Source: Planctomicrobium piriforme (GTDB lineage Bacteria > Planctomycetota > Planctomycetia > Pirellulales > UBA1268). Taken from it: a stretch of 64,000 bases of DNA. A program made the position numbers and the translations under genes. The notes beneath the pieces are model-generated. The model was not told the origin of the DNA and did not search any database. It saw only the letters and a program-made list of their open reading frames with translations. Position 1 is the first letter of the stretch. Each line of letters begins with the position of its first letter. The stretch spans positions 23,276 to 87,275 of the forward strand of contig CAMBPQ010000002.1 of assembly GCA_945869735.1 (NCBI GenBank). The letters are read 5' to 3'. Shown piece by piece: positions 9,570-21,821 of this stretch.

Positions 9570-11261
9570 TCAGTGCTTGATGATGAACTCGTTCGAGTTT
9601 AGCACGGCCCACCAAACGTCTTGAAGGGCCCCCACCATGTCGCCCTTGCGGGCCGCCACCATCCGGTTGGCCATCGACAGCTCGGAACTCGAGGGCTTCC
9701 GGGCCAGAGCCGCCATGTAAAGCGTGTCAATCTTGTTGCCGTCGTTGATCGAACTGCTGGCGACCTTGTCGAGAAACCCGCCCTTGCCGGTCGAGACAGC
9801 GCTCTTGACCAGCTCACCGTTGAACATCATCAGCACCTGTGGAATCGACCCGTTGAAGGTCGTCGCGTCGTCCCCCTCATCGGTGCCGAAGGCGATGATA
9901 AACTGCGAGAGCCACGCATCCTTCTTCTTCGCCGCTTCCTCTCCGCGAGCCGCCTCATCGGCCTCGGTCGCGGTCAGCAGCGATTCATAGAGCTCTTCGG
10001 CCTGCATCTGACGCAGGTAGAAGTGGGTGAACTTCGGCTTCTCGCCCAGGGCCGGGTCGTCGCGGAGGTTTCCTGCGGTGGTCCGGCTGGAGACTGCGTA
10101 GGGCTTCGAGAGGACCAGCCAGCGGGCGAGTTCCTTGAGATCGAAACTCTGTTCACGAAAACGCTCCGCCAATCCGTCGAGCAGCTCTGGGTGCGACGGC
10201 GGGTTGTGCTCCCCGAGATCATCGACGGGCTTCGTGAAACCGTACCCGAAGAAATGCCCCCACATCCGATTGGCGATCGCCTTGGAAAAAAATGGGCTCG
10301 CCTTGATCAACTGGGCGAGTTCCTTGCGCCGATGCACGCCATAGGCCGTGCCGTCGTCCATCTTCGCGGGAAGGTAACCGCTCTTGGGGACCTCGGTGCC
10401 GTCGACGAACACCGGATAAGCGACCTTCATCAGCCCGTTACGGAGCTCGTAATACAGCTCCGCCTCCTCCGGGTTGCCGCCCTCGCCGGCGAAGTCTTCG
10501 TCCACGAGTTCGAACCACTGGCTATCCTTCGATCCGTCGAATCGCCGAAGTGCACGTGTCTGCCGAAAAAACGCGTTCAACTCCCAGAACTGATTTTGTT
10601 TTCCCTTATTGAACGGGTGGTTGTGGCACTGCGTGCACTGCACCTGGAGGCCGAGGAAGATCTGCGCCGTCTTGGCAGTGGCCTGCACGCCGTTTTCGAC
10701 CCCCATTTCCTCCATCTTTCCGCTGAGAAAATTCGTCGCGCCGTTAAAGCCCTCGATTTCCTTACGGTTGGCGTTGGCTCCCATCGCGGTGACGAGATCC
10801 TCCATCAACCGGTCGTACGGCAGATTCTTCGAGAAGGCCCGCCGCAGATACTGACGCATGCCAGGACGATTGACCCTCTCGTTGGTCACGTCGCGACCGA
10901 TCAGAACGGTTGTCCAGACATCGGTCCAGTGGCGGGCGTACTCATCGAGGTAATCGTCGCCGAGCAACCGCGACACCAGATCCGCCCGCTTGGTGGGCGA
11001 TGAATCGCTCAGGAACTGATGCAGTTCCTTGACATTAGGAATCCGACCAATCAAGTCGAGGTGCACCCGCCGGCACCATTCCCCCTCCGTGGCGGACGGG
11101 GATGGCTGCAGGCCCGACTCCGTCCATGCGGACAATGTTTGTTCGTTGATGAACTTGACCTGCGGGATTCCGTAGTGATCGGCGTCGCTTTCGGCGGCAC
11201 CCGCCACCGCTGAAGCGAAAATCGCCACCACCGGAAAAAGCATGGTCAACTGCTTGCGCAT
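9570..11261 (-). CDS. DUF1549/DUF1553 (PSD1) planctomycete exported protein
   Basis: EWCRRVHLDLIGRIP, VQCTQCHNHPF, NRMWGHFFGYG, PSHPELLD; ATG 11261 gives a signal peptide. Confidence 0.9.
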   Translation of the reverse strand: MRKQLTMLFPVVAIFASAVAGAAESDADHYGIPQVKFINEQTLSAWTESGLQPSPSATEGEWCRRVHLDLIGRIPNVKELHQFLSDSSPTKRADLVSRLLGDDYLDEYARHWTDVWTTVLIGRDVTNERVNRPGMRQYLRRAFSKNLPYDRLMEDLVTAMGANANRKEIEGFNGATNFLSGKMEEMGVENGVQATAKTAQIFLGLQVQCTQCHNHPFNKGKQNQFWELNAFFRQTRALRRFDGSKDSQWFELVDEDFAGEGGNPEEAELYYELRNGLMKVAYPVFVDGTEVPKSGYLPAKMDDGTAYGVHRRKELAQLIKASPFFSKAIANRMWGHFFGYGFTKPVDDLGEHNPPSHPELLDGLAERFREQSFDLKELARWLVLSKPYAVSSRTTAGNLRDDPALGEKPKFTHFYLRQMQAEELYESLLTATEADEAARGEEAAKKKDAWLSQFIIAFGTDEGDDATTFNGSIPQVLMMFNGELVKSAVSTGKGGFLDKVASSSINDGNKIDTLYMAALARKPSSSELSMANRMVAARKGDMVGALQDVWWAVLNSNEFIIKH

Positions 11262-11344
11262 GATGCCCTCCGAAACCGGAAAAGCCAGGATATAAAGCAC
11301 GAATGCATTGTATTCGGTGGCACTCATCCAGCCTATTCCCAGCG

Positions 11345-11503
11345 CCAGGCCCCCATCGGCGCCTGAGGCGGCGAGAAGGTACCTCGGAGATGGTAGGCAA
11401 GAGGGTCGGCGAACGCTTGAGGAGCGCCTGAGCCGCCGCGGCCCTCAGCGACGAGACCTTGCCGCCCCCGAGCCGGCGATACCCATAATCCGAAGAACTT
11501 GAG
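11345..11503 (-). mobile_element. Module A copy 3 (variant middle hairpin)
   Basis: Minus strand TATCGCCGGCTCGGGGGCGGCAAGGTCTCGTCGCT...GCTCCTCAAGCGTTCGCCGACCCTC; ends degenerate. Confidence 0.7.
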
Positions 11504-11522
11504 AGCCCGGAGAGAGCCCGCG

Positions 11523-12101
11523 TCAGGTCGCGACCGGCCTGGCCGACTCGACCCGCGGCTTTTGCGCACCGCCAGCGACTTCGGGGCCGACGAACTCGAG
11601 GATGGCACGGGGGCCGGCATCGCCCAGACGAGGCGTCGCCAACTTGAGGATCCGCGTATATCCACCGGGACGGTCCGTGAACCGGGGTGCGATCTTTTCG
11701 AACAGGATCCGCGCGGCGTGCTTGTCACCCAGCAACTGGATCACCCGGCGACGGGCCTTCACGGCCGGCGCCATGGCCCGGGCCCACTGGTTCCACTGGT
11801 CGCCTGCCCGCCACTGCTTCCAGGCGGCCGAGTCCCGATCTGCCGTCGTGCCGAACTGGCCAGCGTGCTGGGCCGCTACCAAGCCGTGCTTGGCGACGGT
11901 AACGCACCGCTCAACCAGCGGCCGCACCTCCTTGGCCTTCGCCACGGTGGTCACGATCCGGCCGCGCACCTTGGCCGCCCCCAGCTCACCAGCCTCCACC
12001 TCACGTTCGGTGAGCATGAGCGCCGACGCGAGGTTGCGAAGTAACGCCCGCTGGTGCGAGGGGCTCCGGCCGAGAACTCGACCCTTCCTACGATGGCGCA
12101 T
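11523..12101 (-). CDS. rplQ: 50S ribosomal protein L17 with long internal insertion
   Basis: MRHRRKGRVLGRS...HQRALLRNL, RPGGYTRILK. Confidence 0.96.
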   Translation of the reverse strand: MRHRRKGRVLGRSPSHQRALLRNLASALMLTEREVEAGELGAAKVRGRIVTTVAKAKEVRPLVERCVTVAKHGLVAAQHAGQFGTTADRDSAAWKQWRAGDQWNQWARAMAPAVKARRRVIQLLGDKHAARILFEKIAPRFTDRPGGYTRILKLATPRLGDAGPRAILEFVGPEVAGGAQKPRVESARPVAT

Positions 12102-12167
12102 GGCAGATTCCTTGAATGTCTTTCGATGCTTGAAGTGGAAAATACGGCGGCTTCGACAGCCTGCCGG

Positions 12168-13157
12168 TCAGGCATTCGCTCCGGCGGGAACGTCCATCCC
12201 AAGATGGAGCCCCAACTCCCGAAGCTTCTCCTCGATTTCCTGCAGCGTGGTCTCGCCGAAGTTCCGCACCTCGAGCAGCTCCTCGCGGGACCGCGACACG
12301 AGATCCCGGAGAGACTCAATGCCCGCCTCGTGGAGGCAGTTATTCGCACGCAGCGACATCCGCAGATCCGACACGAGCATGCCAAGGCGACTCTCGAGAG
12401 GAGCCTCCACGGCAAACAGACTCGCGGCGCCCGGCAACGGCACGCCCAGACCCGGCTTCGTGTAACCCACGAACGGGTTGAGGTGCTTCCGCAGGATCTT
12501 TGCCGCCTCGACGAGGGCCATTTCCGGCGTCACAGTGCCGTTGGTCCAGATCTCCATCGTCAACTTGTCGTAGTTGGTCTTTTGGCCGACGCGCGTCTCT
12601 TCGACCTCGTACTTGACGCGGGTGACCGGACTAAACACCGCATCGACCGGAATGATTCCGATCTCGTGCGAGGCCTGACTCTGCTCGCCCGACGGCACGT
12701 AACCACGGCCGTTCTCCACGACCATCTCAAGCTCGAACGGCACGTCGTCGGTCAACGTCGCCAGCACCAGGTCCTTATTGATGATTTCCACTGCCTCGTC
12801 GGTCTGGATGTCGGCACCCGTGATCGGACCACGCGTGCTCTTCTCGACGCGAAGCACTCGCGTCGAGTCGCTATGGTTCTTCACCACGAGGCTCTTGATT
12901 GCGAGCACGATGTCGGTGACGTCCTCGAGCACGCCCTTGATCGTCGTAAACTCGTGAAGCGAACCCGCCAACTTGATCTGCGTGACCGCGCTTCCTTCGA
13001 GACTCGACAAGAGCACGCGCCGCAGGCTGTTGCCCACCGTCGTGCCAAAACCCCGCTCGAAGGGTTCCGCGGTGAACTTGCCGTAGATCGACGTCAGCGT
13101 CTTGGGGTCGGCAGTGACCGCACCGGGCAGCTCGAGACCACGCCAGCGGATATGCAT
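12168..13157 (-). CDS. rpoA: RNA polymerase alpha subunit
   Basis: [33 protein letters not shown]. Confidence 0.98.
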   Translation of the reverse strand: MHIRWRGLELPGAVTADPKTLTSIYGKFTAEPFERGFGTTVGNSLRRVLLSSLEGSAVTQIKLAGSLHEFTTIKGVLEDVTDIVLAIKSLVVKNHSDSTRVLRVEKSTRGPITGADIQTDEAVEIINKDLVLATLTDDVPFELEMVVENGRGYVPSGEQSQASHEIGIIPVDAVFSPVTRVKYEVEETRVGQKTNYDKLTMEIWTNGTVTPEMALVEAAKILRKHLNPFVGYTKPGLGVPLPGAASLFAVEAPLESRLGMLVSDLRMSLRANNCLHEAGIESLRDLVSRSREELLEVRNFGETTLQEIEEKLRELGLHLGMDVPAGANA

Positions 13158-13175
13158 GCGAAACTCCTTAGAAAA

Positions 13176-13802
13176 TCACTTGGAACAAAGTTCGATGATC
13201 AGATTCGCCTGGACGGGGATCGATACATCCTCCGCCGCAGGCAACCGATCGATGCGACCCTCAGGGATCGACCCATCGGCACGCGAGAGAAAGTCGGGGA
13301 TGTCACGGCGAAACTCGGCAAGCGCCGCGTGCACGAGTTGCAGGCTCTTCACCCGATTCTTCACCCTCACGAGGTCACCAGCCTTCACCTGATAGCTGGG
13401 CACGTCAACTCGCCGGCCATTGATCGTGATGTGGCCGTGCAACACCACCTGGCGGGCAGCCGCCCTCGACGGAGCGAAGCCAAGGCGGTGAATGACATTA
13501 TCCAGCCGGCGCTCGAGCAATGACATGAGCGTCTCACCCGTATTGCCCTTGCCCCTCGCGGCACGAGCAAAATAGGTGCGAAACTGCCGCTCGAGCACAC
13601 CGTAGTAGTGCTTGACCTTCTGCTTTTCGCGGAGGTGCAGCCCGTAATCCGTCGGCTTGCTGCGCCGCTTCTGCACCATGCCAGGAGGCGTAGGACGCCG
13701 CTCGATGGCGCACTTCGGAGTGTCGCAGCGACTCCCCTTCAGAAACAGTTTGAGTCCGTCGCGACGGCAGAGGCGGCAGACAGGTCCGGTAATGCGTCCC
13801 AT
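13176..13802 (-). CDS. rpsD: 30S ribosomal protein S4 (Cys-containing type)
   Basis: CRLCRRDGLKLFLKGSRC, LERRLDNV. Confidence 0.97.
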   Translation of the reverse strand: MGRITGPVCRLCRRDGLKLFLKGSRCDTPKCAIERRPTPPGMVQKRRSKPTDYGLHLREKQKVKHYYGVLERQFRTYFARAARGKGNTGETLMSLLERRLDNVIHRLGFAPSRAAARQVVLHGHITINGRRVDVPSYQVKAGDLVRVKNRVKSLQLVHAALAEFRRDIPDFLSRADGSIPEGRIDRLPAAEDVSIPVQANLIIELCSK

Positions 13803-13869
13803 GATGGCGTTCGCTTGCAGGAAAAAGGTACGAGGCGGGAAACGATTCTGTGAACAGGAACCGAGGTGA

Positions 13870-14247
13870 TCAGACGCGGCGCTTCTTCGGGGGCCGGCAA
13901 CCGTTGTGAGGCAGCGGAGTGACGTCTTCGATACTGCGGACGTTCATGCCGGCTGCCTGAAGGGCGGTGATCGCACTTTCACGACCACTGCCAGGCCCTT
14001 TCACCCGGACCTCCAACTCCTTGACCCCGAACTTGGCAGCCTTTTCGGCAGCCTGCTGGGCGGCACACTGCCCGGCGAACGGAGTGCCCTTGCGACTCCC
14101 CTTAAATCCACACGTGCCACCACTCGCCCAGCAGAGCGTGTCGCCCCGGGTGTCGGTAATCGTGACGGTCGTGTTGTTGAAACTCGCCACGATGTAGGCG
14201 ATGCCCGCCGTCACGCTCTTTTTCTTTGTTTTTGCAACCTTCGACAT
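13870..14247 (-). CDS. rpsK: 30S ribosomal protein S11
   Basis: [26 protein letters not shown]. Confidence 0.98.
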   Translation of the reverse strand: MSKVAKTKKKSVTAGIAYIVASFNNTTVTITDTRGDTLCWASGGTCGFKGSRKGTPFAGQCAAQQAAEKAAKFGVKELEVRVKGPGSGRESAITALQAAGMNVRSIEDVTPLPHNGCRPPKKRRV

Positions 14248-14334
14248 GCTCGTTGATCTCGCGTCGGAACTTGGGGTTGTGATGAGGGGAACTGCGGGCA
14301 GGAACCACGCCTCTGCGGGGAGGCAACGCCAGGC

Positions 14335-14718
14335 TTACTTGAGGTCCTTAACACCCTTCTTACCGGCAACCGTCTTCTTCGGCCCCTTGCGTGTCCGGGC
14401 ATTCGTGCGAGTCCGCTGACCACGGACCGGCAGGCCGCGCCGATGCCGCAGACCGCGGTAGCTGCCGATGTCCTTGAGACGGGAGATGTTTTGGGCAACC
14501 TGCCGCCGCAACTGCCCCTCGACGGTGTAGTCCTTTTCGAGGAGGGCGGCGAGGCGGGCCAGTTCGTCCTCGTGCAGATCCCGGGCCCGTCCAAGCGGAT
14601 CGACGCCTGCCTTGAAACAAATCTCACGAGCGACCCTCGCTCCGACCCCGTACAGATACTGTAGGGAGTAGATGGTCTTCTTCTCGGAGGGGATGTCGAC
14701 GCCCATCAGACGCGGCAT
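14335..14718 (-). CDS. rpsM: 30S ribosomal protein S13
   Basis: [26 protein letters not shown]. Confidence 0.98.
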   Translation of the reverse strand: MPRLMGVDIPSEKKTIYSLQYLYGVGARVAREICFKAGVDPLGRARDLHEDELARLAALLEKDYTVEGQLRRQVAQNISRLKDIGSYRGLRHRRGLPVRGQRTRTNARTRKGPKKTVAGKKGVKDLK

Positions 14719-14919
14719 GGCTTGCTTTCCGAATCGCGGTGGCTAGGGACGATGTTGTTTGTTGCAGACGTTGTTTTCGGCATGGTGTCGACGACCGCCT
14801 TTTTGCGTCGGGCACGACCGCACGGCGATGTCACCAATCCGAACAAGGCCGTCATCCAAGACGGCCTCACTCGGCTGTGCCGACCACGGTCGGCCACCGG
14901 CATCGCCAACGATCATCCG

Positions 14920-15033
14920 TCACCCCTGCCGCTGCTTGTGCCGCGGGTCAGCGCAGACCACGAATACGACGCCGCGGCGTCGAACGATCTTGCACTTCTC
15001 ACACATGCGACGGACGCTGGCGCGAACCTTCAT
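14920..15033 (-). CDS. rpmJ: 50S ribosomal protein L36 (zinc-ribbon type), not in ORF track
   Basis: Manual translation [37 protein letters not shown]. Confidence 0.97.
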   Translation of the reverse strand: MKVRASVRRMCEKCKIVRRRGVVFVVCADPRHKQRQG

Positions 15034-15097
15034 GGACAAACTCGTGACGACGGCCGCTGGGCCTGAGACTGACTGAATGACACCAACCGAGCCTCAA

Positions 15098-15126
15098 ACT
15101 ATAAAACCCTCCTCCGGCCGTCACAA
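15098..15126 (-). promoter_or_regulatory. Sigma70-type promoter for rpmJ-rpsM-rpsK-rpsD-rpoA-rplQ
   Basis: TTGTGA (15126-15121), 17 nt, TATAGT (15103-15098), about 65 nt upstream of rpmJ. Confidence 0.7.
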
Positions 15127-15169
15127 GGGGGTGGCCAGATTCCCGTAGAGTCTGCGTTTTTAACCGCCC

Positions 15170-15329
15170 TAGAGCGGATCTGCCTTCGGTGGAGCGGCAC
15201 GATGGCGGCGTCAAGGACGTAGACGAGGGGGTCGGCGACCGCTCGAGGAGCCTTGGGCGTATCCTCGCCCCGGCGACGAGAATTTTGCCGCCCCCGAACC
15301 GGCGATACACCACAGTCGAATGCGCTTGA
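15170..15329 (-). mobile_element. Module A copy 4 (160 bp), between map and the alpha-operon promoter
   Basis: Minus strand TCAAGCGCATTCG...GGCAGATCCGCTCTA; near-identical core to copy 1. Confidence 0.8.
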
Positions 15330-15345
15330 GTGCTCTGGAAGGGCG

Positions 15346-16167
15346 TCACGCGGCCGATCCGGCGGGATCCAGTTTCTCATCGGCGGAGGGGGGGGCGGTG
15401 AGCACCTTCGGACCGCTTTCCGTGATGGCCACGGTGTGCTCGAAATGGGCGCTGGGCCGGCCGTCCACGGTCGACTGGGTCCAGTAATCCTGGAGCGCCC
15501 GCACTTTTTTCGACCCCATGTTCACCATCGGCTCCACCGCGATCACCAACCCTGGCTCCAGTTCAAAGTCATGGTTTTTGCGAAACGCCGGCGTGCAAAA
15601 GTTTGGCACCTGCGGGTCCTCGTGCATGGTGCGGCCGATGCCGTGCCCCACGAAGTTCTCGACAACAGAGAATCCGTGGTCCCGCACGAATCTCGCCATC
15701 TCGGTGGCCACGTCGCTCCAGCGACTCCGACTGGCCATCAGTTCGATCGCCAGGCCCAGCACGCCCGCCGTGCAGTCGAGCAACCGTTGAACGTCGGCTT
15801 CAACCTCGCCAACGGGATGCGTGACGGCTGAGTCACCGCACCAGCCGCCGACGCTGCAGCCGGTATCGATGCTGACCACGTCTCCCGGCCGCAGTTGCCT
15901 TGGCCCCGGGATCCCGTGCACGACCTCGTCGTTGACCGAGATGCAGCACACCGCCGGAAACGGCACCTTACCGGGAACACCCTTGAAGAGCGGCACGGCG
16001 CCGTGATCGAGAAAGAACTTCTCCACGGCGGCATCGATCTCGCCCGTCGTCACACCGGGCTTGACCATCGACCTGGCAAGTTGGTGGGCGCCCCAGACAA
16101 CGAGACCGGAACGGCGCATCATCGCGATTTCACGCGGAGACCGAAGATTCACCACGACAGCACTCAC
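15346..16167 (-). CDS. map: Methionine aminopeptidase type I
   Basis: [36 protein letters not shown]; start approximate. Confidence 0.96.
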   Translation of the reverse strand: MSAVVVNLRSPREIAMMRRSGLVVWGAHQLARSMVKPGVTTGEIDAAVEKFFLDHGAVPLFKGVPGKVPFPAVCCISVNDEVVHGIPGPRQLRPGDVVSIDTGCSVGGWCGDSAVTHPVGEVEADVQRLLDCTAGVLGLAIELMASRSRWSDVATEMARFVRDHGFSVVENFVGHGIGRTMHEDPQVPNFCTPAFRKNHDFELEPGLVIAVEPMVNMGSKKVRALQDYWTQSTVDGRPSAHFEHTVAITESGPKVLTAPPSADEKLDPAGSAA

Positions 16168-16251
16168 CGGAGGACGGGAAAGGGAACGACCCAAGTCTTC
16201 GAAGTATACCGCCGGGATGTGCCCGGGCGACCGCTCACCAAAGACCTATCA

Positions 16252-16824
16252 TCAACTGCGGGCTGTGCGCTCGAACCGCCGCACCGCGATCTTGACGCGA
16301 TCGAAAATCTCCTCGGCGGTGCCGAGCCCGTCGATCGAGGCGAGCTTGCCTTGCCGCAAGTAGTAGTCGAGCAGCGGTGCGGTCTGCACCTCGAAACTCG
16401 TGATCCGCTTCGAGAAGATCTCCGGGTCATCATCCTCCCGCCTGCGGGCGAGCATCCGGCGCACGAGTTCGTCCCGGGGCACAGCCAGTTCAATCACCCC
16501 ATCGACGGTCATCGCCCTGCGCTCGAGCAGGTCGTCGAGCGTCTCTGCCTGCGGCAGCGTCCGTGGAAAACCATCGAGCAGGCAGCCGCTGCGACAGTCT
16601 GGCGCCTGAAGCCGCCGGCTCACCATGCCGACGATGATCGGGTCGGGCACCAGTTGCCCTTGCTCCATGAAGTTGGCGGCCTCGACGCCTGCAGGCGTCC
16701 GAGAACGCACCTCGGCCCGCAGCATCTCACCGGTCGAAAGGTGGGGCACTTTGAGGAACTCCACCAACCGCTGGCATTGCGTGCCTTTTCCCGCTCCCGG
16801 CGGACCGATGAGGATGATCCGCAT
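16252..16824 (-). CDS. adk: Adenylate kinase (short LID type)
   Basis: GPPGAGKGTQ, HLSTGEMLR, LLDGFPRT. Confidence 0.97.
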   Translation of the reverse strand: MRIILIGPPGAGKGTQCQRLVEFLKVPHLSTGEMLRAEVRSRTPAGVEAANFMEQGQLVPDPIIVGMVSRRLQAPDCRSGCLLDGFPRTLPQAETLDDLLERRAMTVDGVIELAVPRDELVRRMLARRREDDDPEIFSKRITSFEVQTAPLLDYYLRQGKLASIDGLGTAEEIFDRVKIAVRRFERTARS

Positions 16825-16926
16825 GACTAGTCCACGTCGCTGACGGAAGGGCTGGTCGGACGGCTTGTCGGCCGCGCATATGAAGCCGCGAACGATGCCT
16901 CCCGGCGCCGGCCGACCGTGATCCGC

Positions 16927-18288
<1,362 letters not shown>

Positions 18289-18333
18289 GGTGGGGGACTC
18301 CTCCGAGTGACGCTGCAATCAGGAGCCCATACC

Positions 18334-18840
18334 CTAACCGCCGGCAGGCTTTTTCCGCGATGCCTTCTTGGTCTTGCGAACCAGTGGAGCAGGACCGGGC
18401 AGTTCCGACACCGAACCACCCGCCGCAAGAATCTTGGCCTTGGCCTGAGCGCTAAAATGGTGGGCCGAGACTTTGAGGGCCTTCGAAATCTCTCCCTCGC
18501 CCAGGATCTTGATCTGCTGCCAGATGCCCTTGGCGACTCCGGAAGCCCGCAGCGTTTGCGGCGTGACATCGCTCCCGGAGGCGAAAGCCTCCTCGAGACG
18601 CGAGACGTTCACACCTTTGACGATCAAGCCGTGACTATTGTGGAAACCACGTTTCGGAATACGGCGAATGAGCGGCGTGCCGCCACCCTCGAAGATCGAA
18701 GGCGACGACCAACCGGCGAGTTGCCCCTGCCCCTTGTTGCCACGCCCGGCCGTACGGCCACGGCCCGAACCCGGACCTCGACCCACACGGAGCCGCCTGC
18801 TGTGCTTGTGAATGCCCTTGTTGACGTCGTTGAGTTTCAT
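18334..18840 (-). CDS. rplO: 50S ribosomal protein L15
   Basis: RVGRGPGSGRGRTAGRGNKGQ, FEGGGTPLIRRIPKRGF. Confidence 0.97.
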   Translation of the reverse strand: MKLNDVNKGIHKHSRRLRVGRGPGSGRGRTAGRGNKGQGQLAGWSSPSIFEGGGTPLIRRIPKRGFHNSHGLIVKGVNVSRLEEAFASGSDVTPQTLRASGVAKGIWQQIKILGEGEISKALKVSAHHFSAQAKAKILAAGGSVSELPGPAPLVRKTKKASRKKPAGG

Positions 18841-18898
18841 GACGATTTGCCTTGATATGGACCGCTCTGGGCGGGCACGTGATTCGGAGATTCGCTGT

Positions 18899-19390
18899 TC
18901 AGGAGAGGGTCACGCCGCGCAATCGCTCGACTTCAGACTTTGTCCGCAGTTGCTTGAGTCCCTCGATCGCGGCCTTGACCAGGTTCACAGGGTTTGTGGA
19001 GCCGTGGGCCTTCGTCAACACGTCACGGATACCCGCCGATTCGCAGACAGCGCGAACCGCGGCGCCGGCGATGATGCCCGTGCCCGGGCCGGCCGGGAGC
19101 ATGATCACCTTGGACGTTTCGTAGCGTCCCTCGACGCGGTGCGGAATGGTGCCCGCTTCGACCGGCACTTCAATCAGGTTCTTCATGCCATCCTTAATGG
19201 CCTTCTCGACCGCCGGTGGCACTTCGTTGGCCTTGGCGTAGCCGCAGCCGACCTTTCCCCGCCCGTTCCCCACCACGACGAGACCCGCGAAGCTGAAGCG
19301 GCGACCGCCCTTCACGACGGTCGCGCAGCGGCGAACCTTAACAACCTTCTCGGCGAACTCGCCGGAGCGGGATTCTTTGCCAGTGGACAC
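18899..19390 (-). CDS. rpsE: 30S ribosomal protein S5
   Basis: VVKGGRRFSF, PAGPGTGIIAG. Confidence 0.97.
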   Translation of the reverse strand: MSTGKESRSGEFAEKVVKVRRCATVVKGGRRFSFAGLVVVGNGRGKVGCGYAKANEVPPAVEKAIKDGMKNLIEVPVEAGTIPHRVEGRYETSKVIMLPAGPGTGIIAGAAVRAVCESAGIRDVLTKAHGSTNPVNLVKAAIEGLKQLRTKSEVERLRGVTLS

Positions 19391-19434
19391 GAGGAACTGC
19401 CTCCGTTGATCTAAACCTGTTCTCGGACGTTGAA

Positions 19435-19803
19435 TCAGAACTCGAGCCCGGCCGCGCGGGCGGCATCGGCGAGTGCAGCTACCCGGCCGTGATAGCGGAA
19501 TGCACCACGATCGAAGCAGACCTGCTTTACGCCGGCAGACTTGGCACGCTCGGCGACGGCCTTGCCGATGACCTCCGCCGCCTGCTTATTGCCACCAAAA
19601 CCGAGCCCGTCACGCAGCGACTTGTCGGTGGAACTGGCCGATGCCAGCGTCCGACCAGTCGAATCGTCGACGATCTGCGCAGAGATGTGTTTGTGGGAGC
19701 GAAACACCGTGAGTCGTGGCCTTTCGGACGTACCCCGGATGGAGCGACGCACGCGAAACCGCCGCCGCTCACGCTGCCTAAGAATCGTTCGTGAATGATC
19801 CAT
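19435..19803 (-). CDS. rplR: 50S ribosomal protein L18
   Basis: [25 protein letters not shown]. Confidence 0.97.
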   Translation of the reverse strand: MDHSRTILRQRERRRFRVRRSIRGTSERPRLTVFRSHKHISAQIVDDSTGRTLASASSTDKSLRDGLGFGGNKQAAEVIGKAVAERAKSAGVKQVCFDRGAFRYHGRVAALADAARAAGLEF

Positions 19804-19814
19804 TGTTGATGCCT

Positions 19815-20360
19815 TTACTTCGTGACGGCCTTGCCGGCCTTGCGGCGGACCTGCTCGTTCTCGTACCGGATGCCCTTGCCCTTGTAGGGCTCCGGCTTCC
19901 GAAGCGACCGCACCTCGGCCGCGAACTGGCCGACGACTTGCTTGTCGATGCCCTTGATCGTGATGTGCGTTTGGTCCGGGCAGGTCACGTTGAGACCGGC
20001 AGGGATTTCGACCTGCAGTTCGTTGGCAAAGCCAACGCGAAGCTGCAGCACGTTTTTCTGAATCGCGGCGAGGTAGCCGACGCCCACGATCTCGAGTTTC
20101 TTCTCAAACCCCTTCGAGACCCCCTCGACCATGTTGGCGGCGAGCGCTCGCATGAGACCGTGCACCGAACGCGCGAGGCGGCCGTCGCCGTCGCGGGTGA
20201 CCTTGATCGCACTAGCGGCCGAGTCCACCTCCACCGTGACAGACGGGTGAAGACGCTGCTCGAGTTTGCCGAGCGGCCCCTCGACGGTGAGCGCACCGCC
20301 GGACACGGCGGCCTTCACGCCCTTGGGGATCGAAACTGGATTTTTACCGATGCGGGACAT
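19815..20360 (-). CDS. rplF: 50S ribosomal protein L6
   Basis: [20 protein letters not shown]. Confidence 0.98.
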   Translation of the reverse strand: MSRIGKNPVSIPKGVKAAVSGGALTVEGPLGKLEQRLHPSVTVEVDSAASAIKVTRDGDGRLARSVHGLMRALAANMVEGVSKGFEKKLEIVGVGYLAAIQKNVLQLRVGFANELQVEIPAGLNVTCPDQTHITIKGIDKQVVGQFAAEVRSLRKPEPYKGKGIRYENEQVRRKAGKAVTK

Positions 20361-20380
20361 CGCCTGCCTGACCTTTCGGA

Positions 20381-20776
20381 CTACCAGATCTCACAAAGAA
20401 CTTCACCACCGAGTTTCTTCTGCCGCGCCTCGCGATCGCTCACCACGCCGCTCGACGTGGAAAGGATCGAGATTCCCAGCCCGCCAAGCACCGGCCGTAG
20501 CCGCGCCGACCGACTGTAGACACGACGACCGGGCGTACTGACGCGACGGATGTGTCGGATCAACCGCTCGCCGTTGGGGCCATATTTCAAATCCAACTGA
20601 ATGTGGGGAACGGGGTCGGCTTCGACCTCTCGCCACTCCCAGATGAAACCTTCTCGCTTGAGCACTTCCGCCAGCCCACGCTTCACCTTTGAGCTCGGCA
20701 CGTCGACGGTAGCGCGTTCCACTCGCACCGCGTTGCGGATGCGGGTCAGCATGTCGGCGATGGGGTCGGTCATCAT
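20381..20776 (-). CDS. rpsH: 30S ribosomal protein S8
   Basis: DPIADMLTRIRNA, GGEVLC. Confidence 0.98.
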   Translation of the reverse strand: MMTDPIADMLTRIRNAVRVERATVDVPSSKVKRGLAEVLKREGFIWEWREVEADPVPHIQLDLKYGPNGERLIRHIRRVSTPGRRVYSRSARLRPVLGGLGISILSTSSGVVSDREARQKKLGGEVLCEIW

Positions 20777-20855
20777 GTCAACTGGGCCCTCTTCTGAAAT
20801 CTCGCTCGTCGCAGGACATTGTTCGATCGTGTGTGGGGTGTCATCCGGATTCCGC

Positions 20856-21041
20856 CTACCAACTCGCCTTTTTGACGCCCGGAATGAGCCCTTGGTCAGC
20901 CAACTTCCGGAAGCAGATGCGGCAGGTGCCGAACTTGCGGTACACGGCCCGCGGCCGGCCGCAGAGCATGCAACGGCGGACGATCCGCGAGGAGTACTTA
21001 GGCTTGCGCTTCGCTGCCGCGATCTTAGATTTACTTGCCAT
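20856..21041 (-). CDS. rpsN: 30S ribosomal protein S14 (type Z, zinc-binding)
   Basis: [23 protein letters not shown]. Confidence 0.97.
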   Translation of the reverse strand: MASKSKIAAAKRKPKYSSRIVRRCMLCGRPRAVYRKFGTCRICFRKLADQGLIPGVKKASW

Positions 21042-21129
21042 GGTTCTTCAGTGCGTGCTGCGGGACTGGTCCGTATTCATCGTTGAGTTGAGTGATTGAA
21101 GCGCCCGCGTTGCGGGCCGAGGGTTGCCG

Positions 21130-21738
21130 CTACGCCGCGACGTCCCCTTCCTTCTTAAGAGGCATACCCATGGCGACCAGGAACTGCCTCGCGTCGTCGT
21201 CGCTGCGAGCCGACGTGACCAACGTGATGTTCATGCCCTGGGGACGGGTGTATTTATCGGGGTTGATTTCCGGAAACACCATCTGCTCGGAAAGGCCCAG
21301 GCTGTAGTTGCCATGGCCGTCAAAAGCCGTGCTCGAAAGACCGCGGAAATCCCGCACCCGGGGCAGGGCCACGGACACAAGCCGGTCGAGAAACTCATAC
21401 ATCCGCCGGCCTCGGAGCGTGACCTTGCAGCCAATCGGCAGGTTCTCACGAAGCTTGAAACCCGCCACCGCAGCCTTTGAGATCGTCGCGATCGGCTTTT
21501 GTCCGCTGAGCTGAGCGAGCGCCCCAAGCGCTTCCTCGAGAAACTTCTTTTCAGTAACAGCTGCGCCGACGCCCATGTTCACGACGATCTTTTCGAGTTT
21601 CGGAATCGCATGAGGGTTGGTGGTGCCGAGGACCTCTGCCAACTGTGGCCGCACCTTGGTGATGTAGTGCTCAAGCATCCGCGGCGTACCCGCGGGCCCG
21701 ACTGGCGCCGACTCTACTACTTTGCTCTTCTTGGCCAT
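21130..21738 (-). CDS. rplE: 50S ribosomal protein L5
   Basis: KIVVNMGVG, GCKVTLRG, RVRDFRG. Confidence 0.98.
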   Translation of the reverse strand: MAKKSKVVESAPVGPAGTPRMLEHYITKVRPQLAEVLGTTNPHAIPKLEKIVVNMGVGAAVTEKKFLEEALGALAQLSGQKPIATISKAAVAGFKLRENLPIGCKVTLRGRRMYEFLDRLVSVALPRVRDFRGLSSTAFDGHGNYSLGLSEQMVFPEINPDKYTRPQGMNITLVTSARSDDDARQFLVAMGMPLKKEGDVAA

Positions 21739-21821
21739 CTCGAACGATCCTTGAAAGATTCCCTACGCTGGTCAATCGTGTTCGTTGTATTCGCTGATTA
21801 TGTGTTCGCTTCTCGCCCAGG

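Noticed and set aside
8141-11261. DUF1549/1553 + DUF1501 pair as a novel system
   Set aside because: The function is unknown, but it is a well-known, highly paralogous planctomycete gene pair and shows nothing unusual here.
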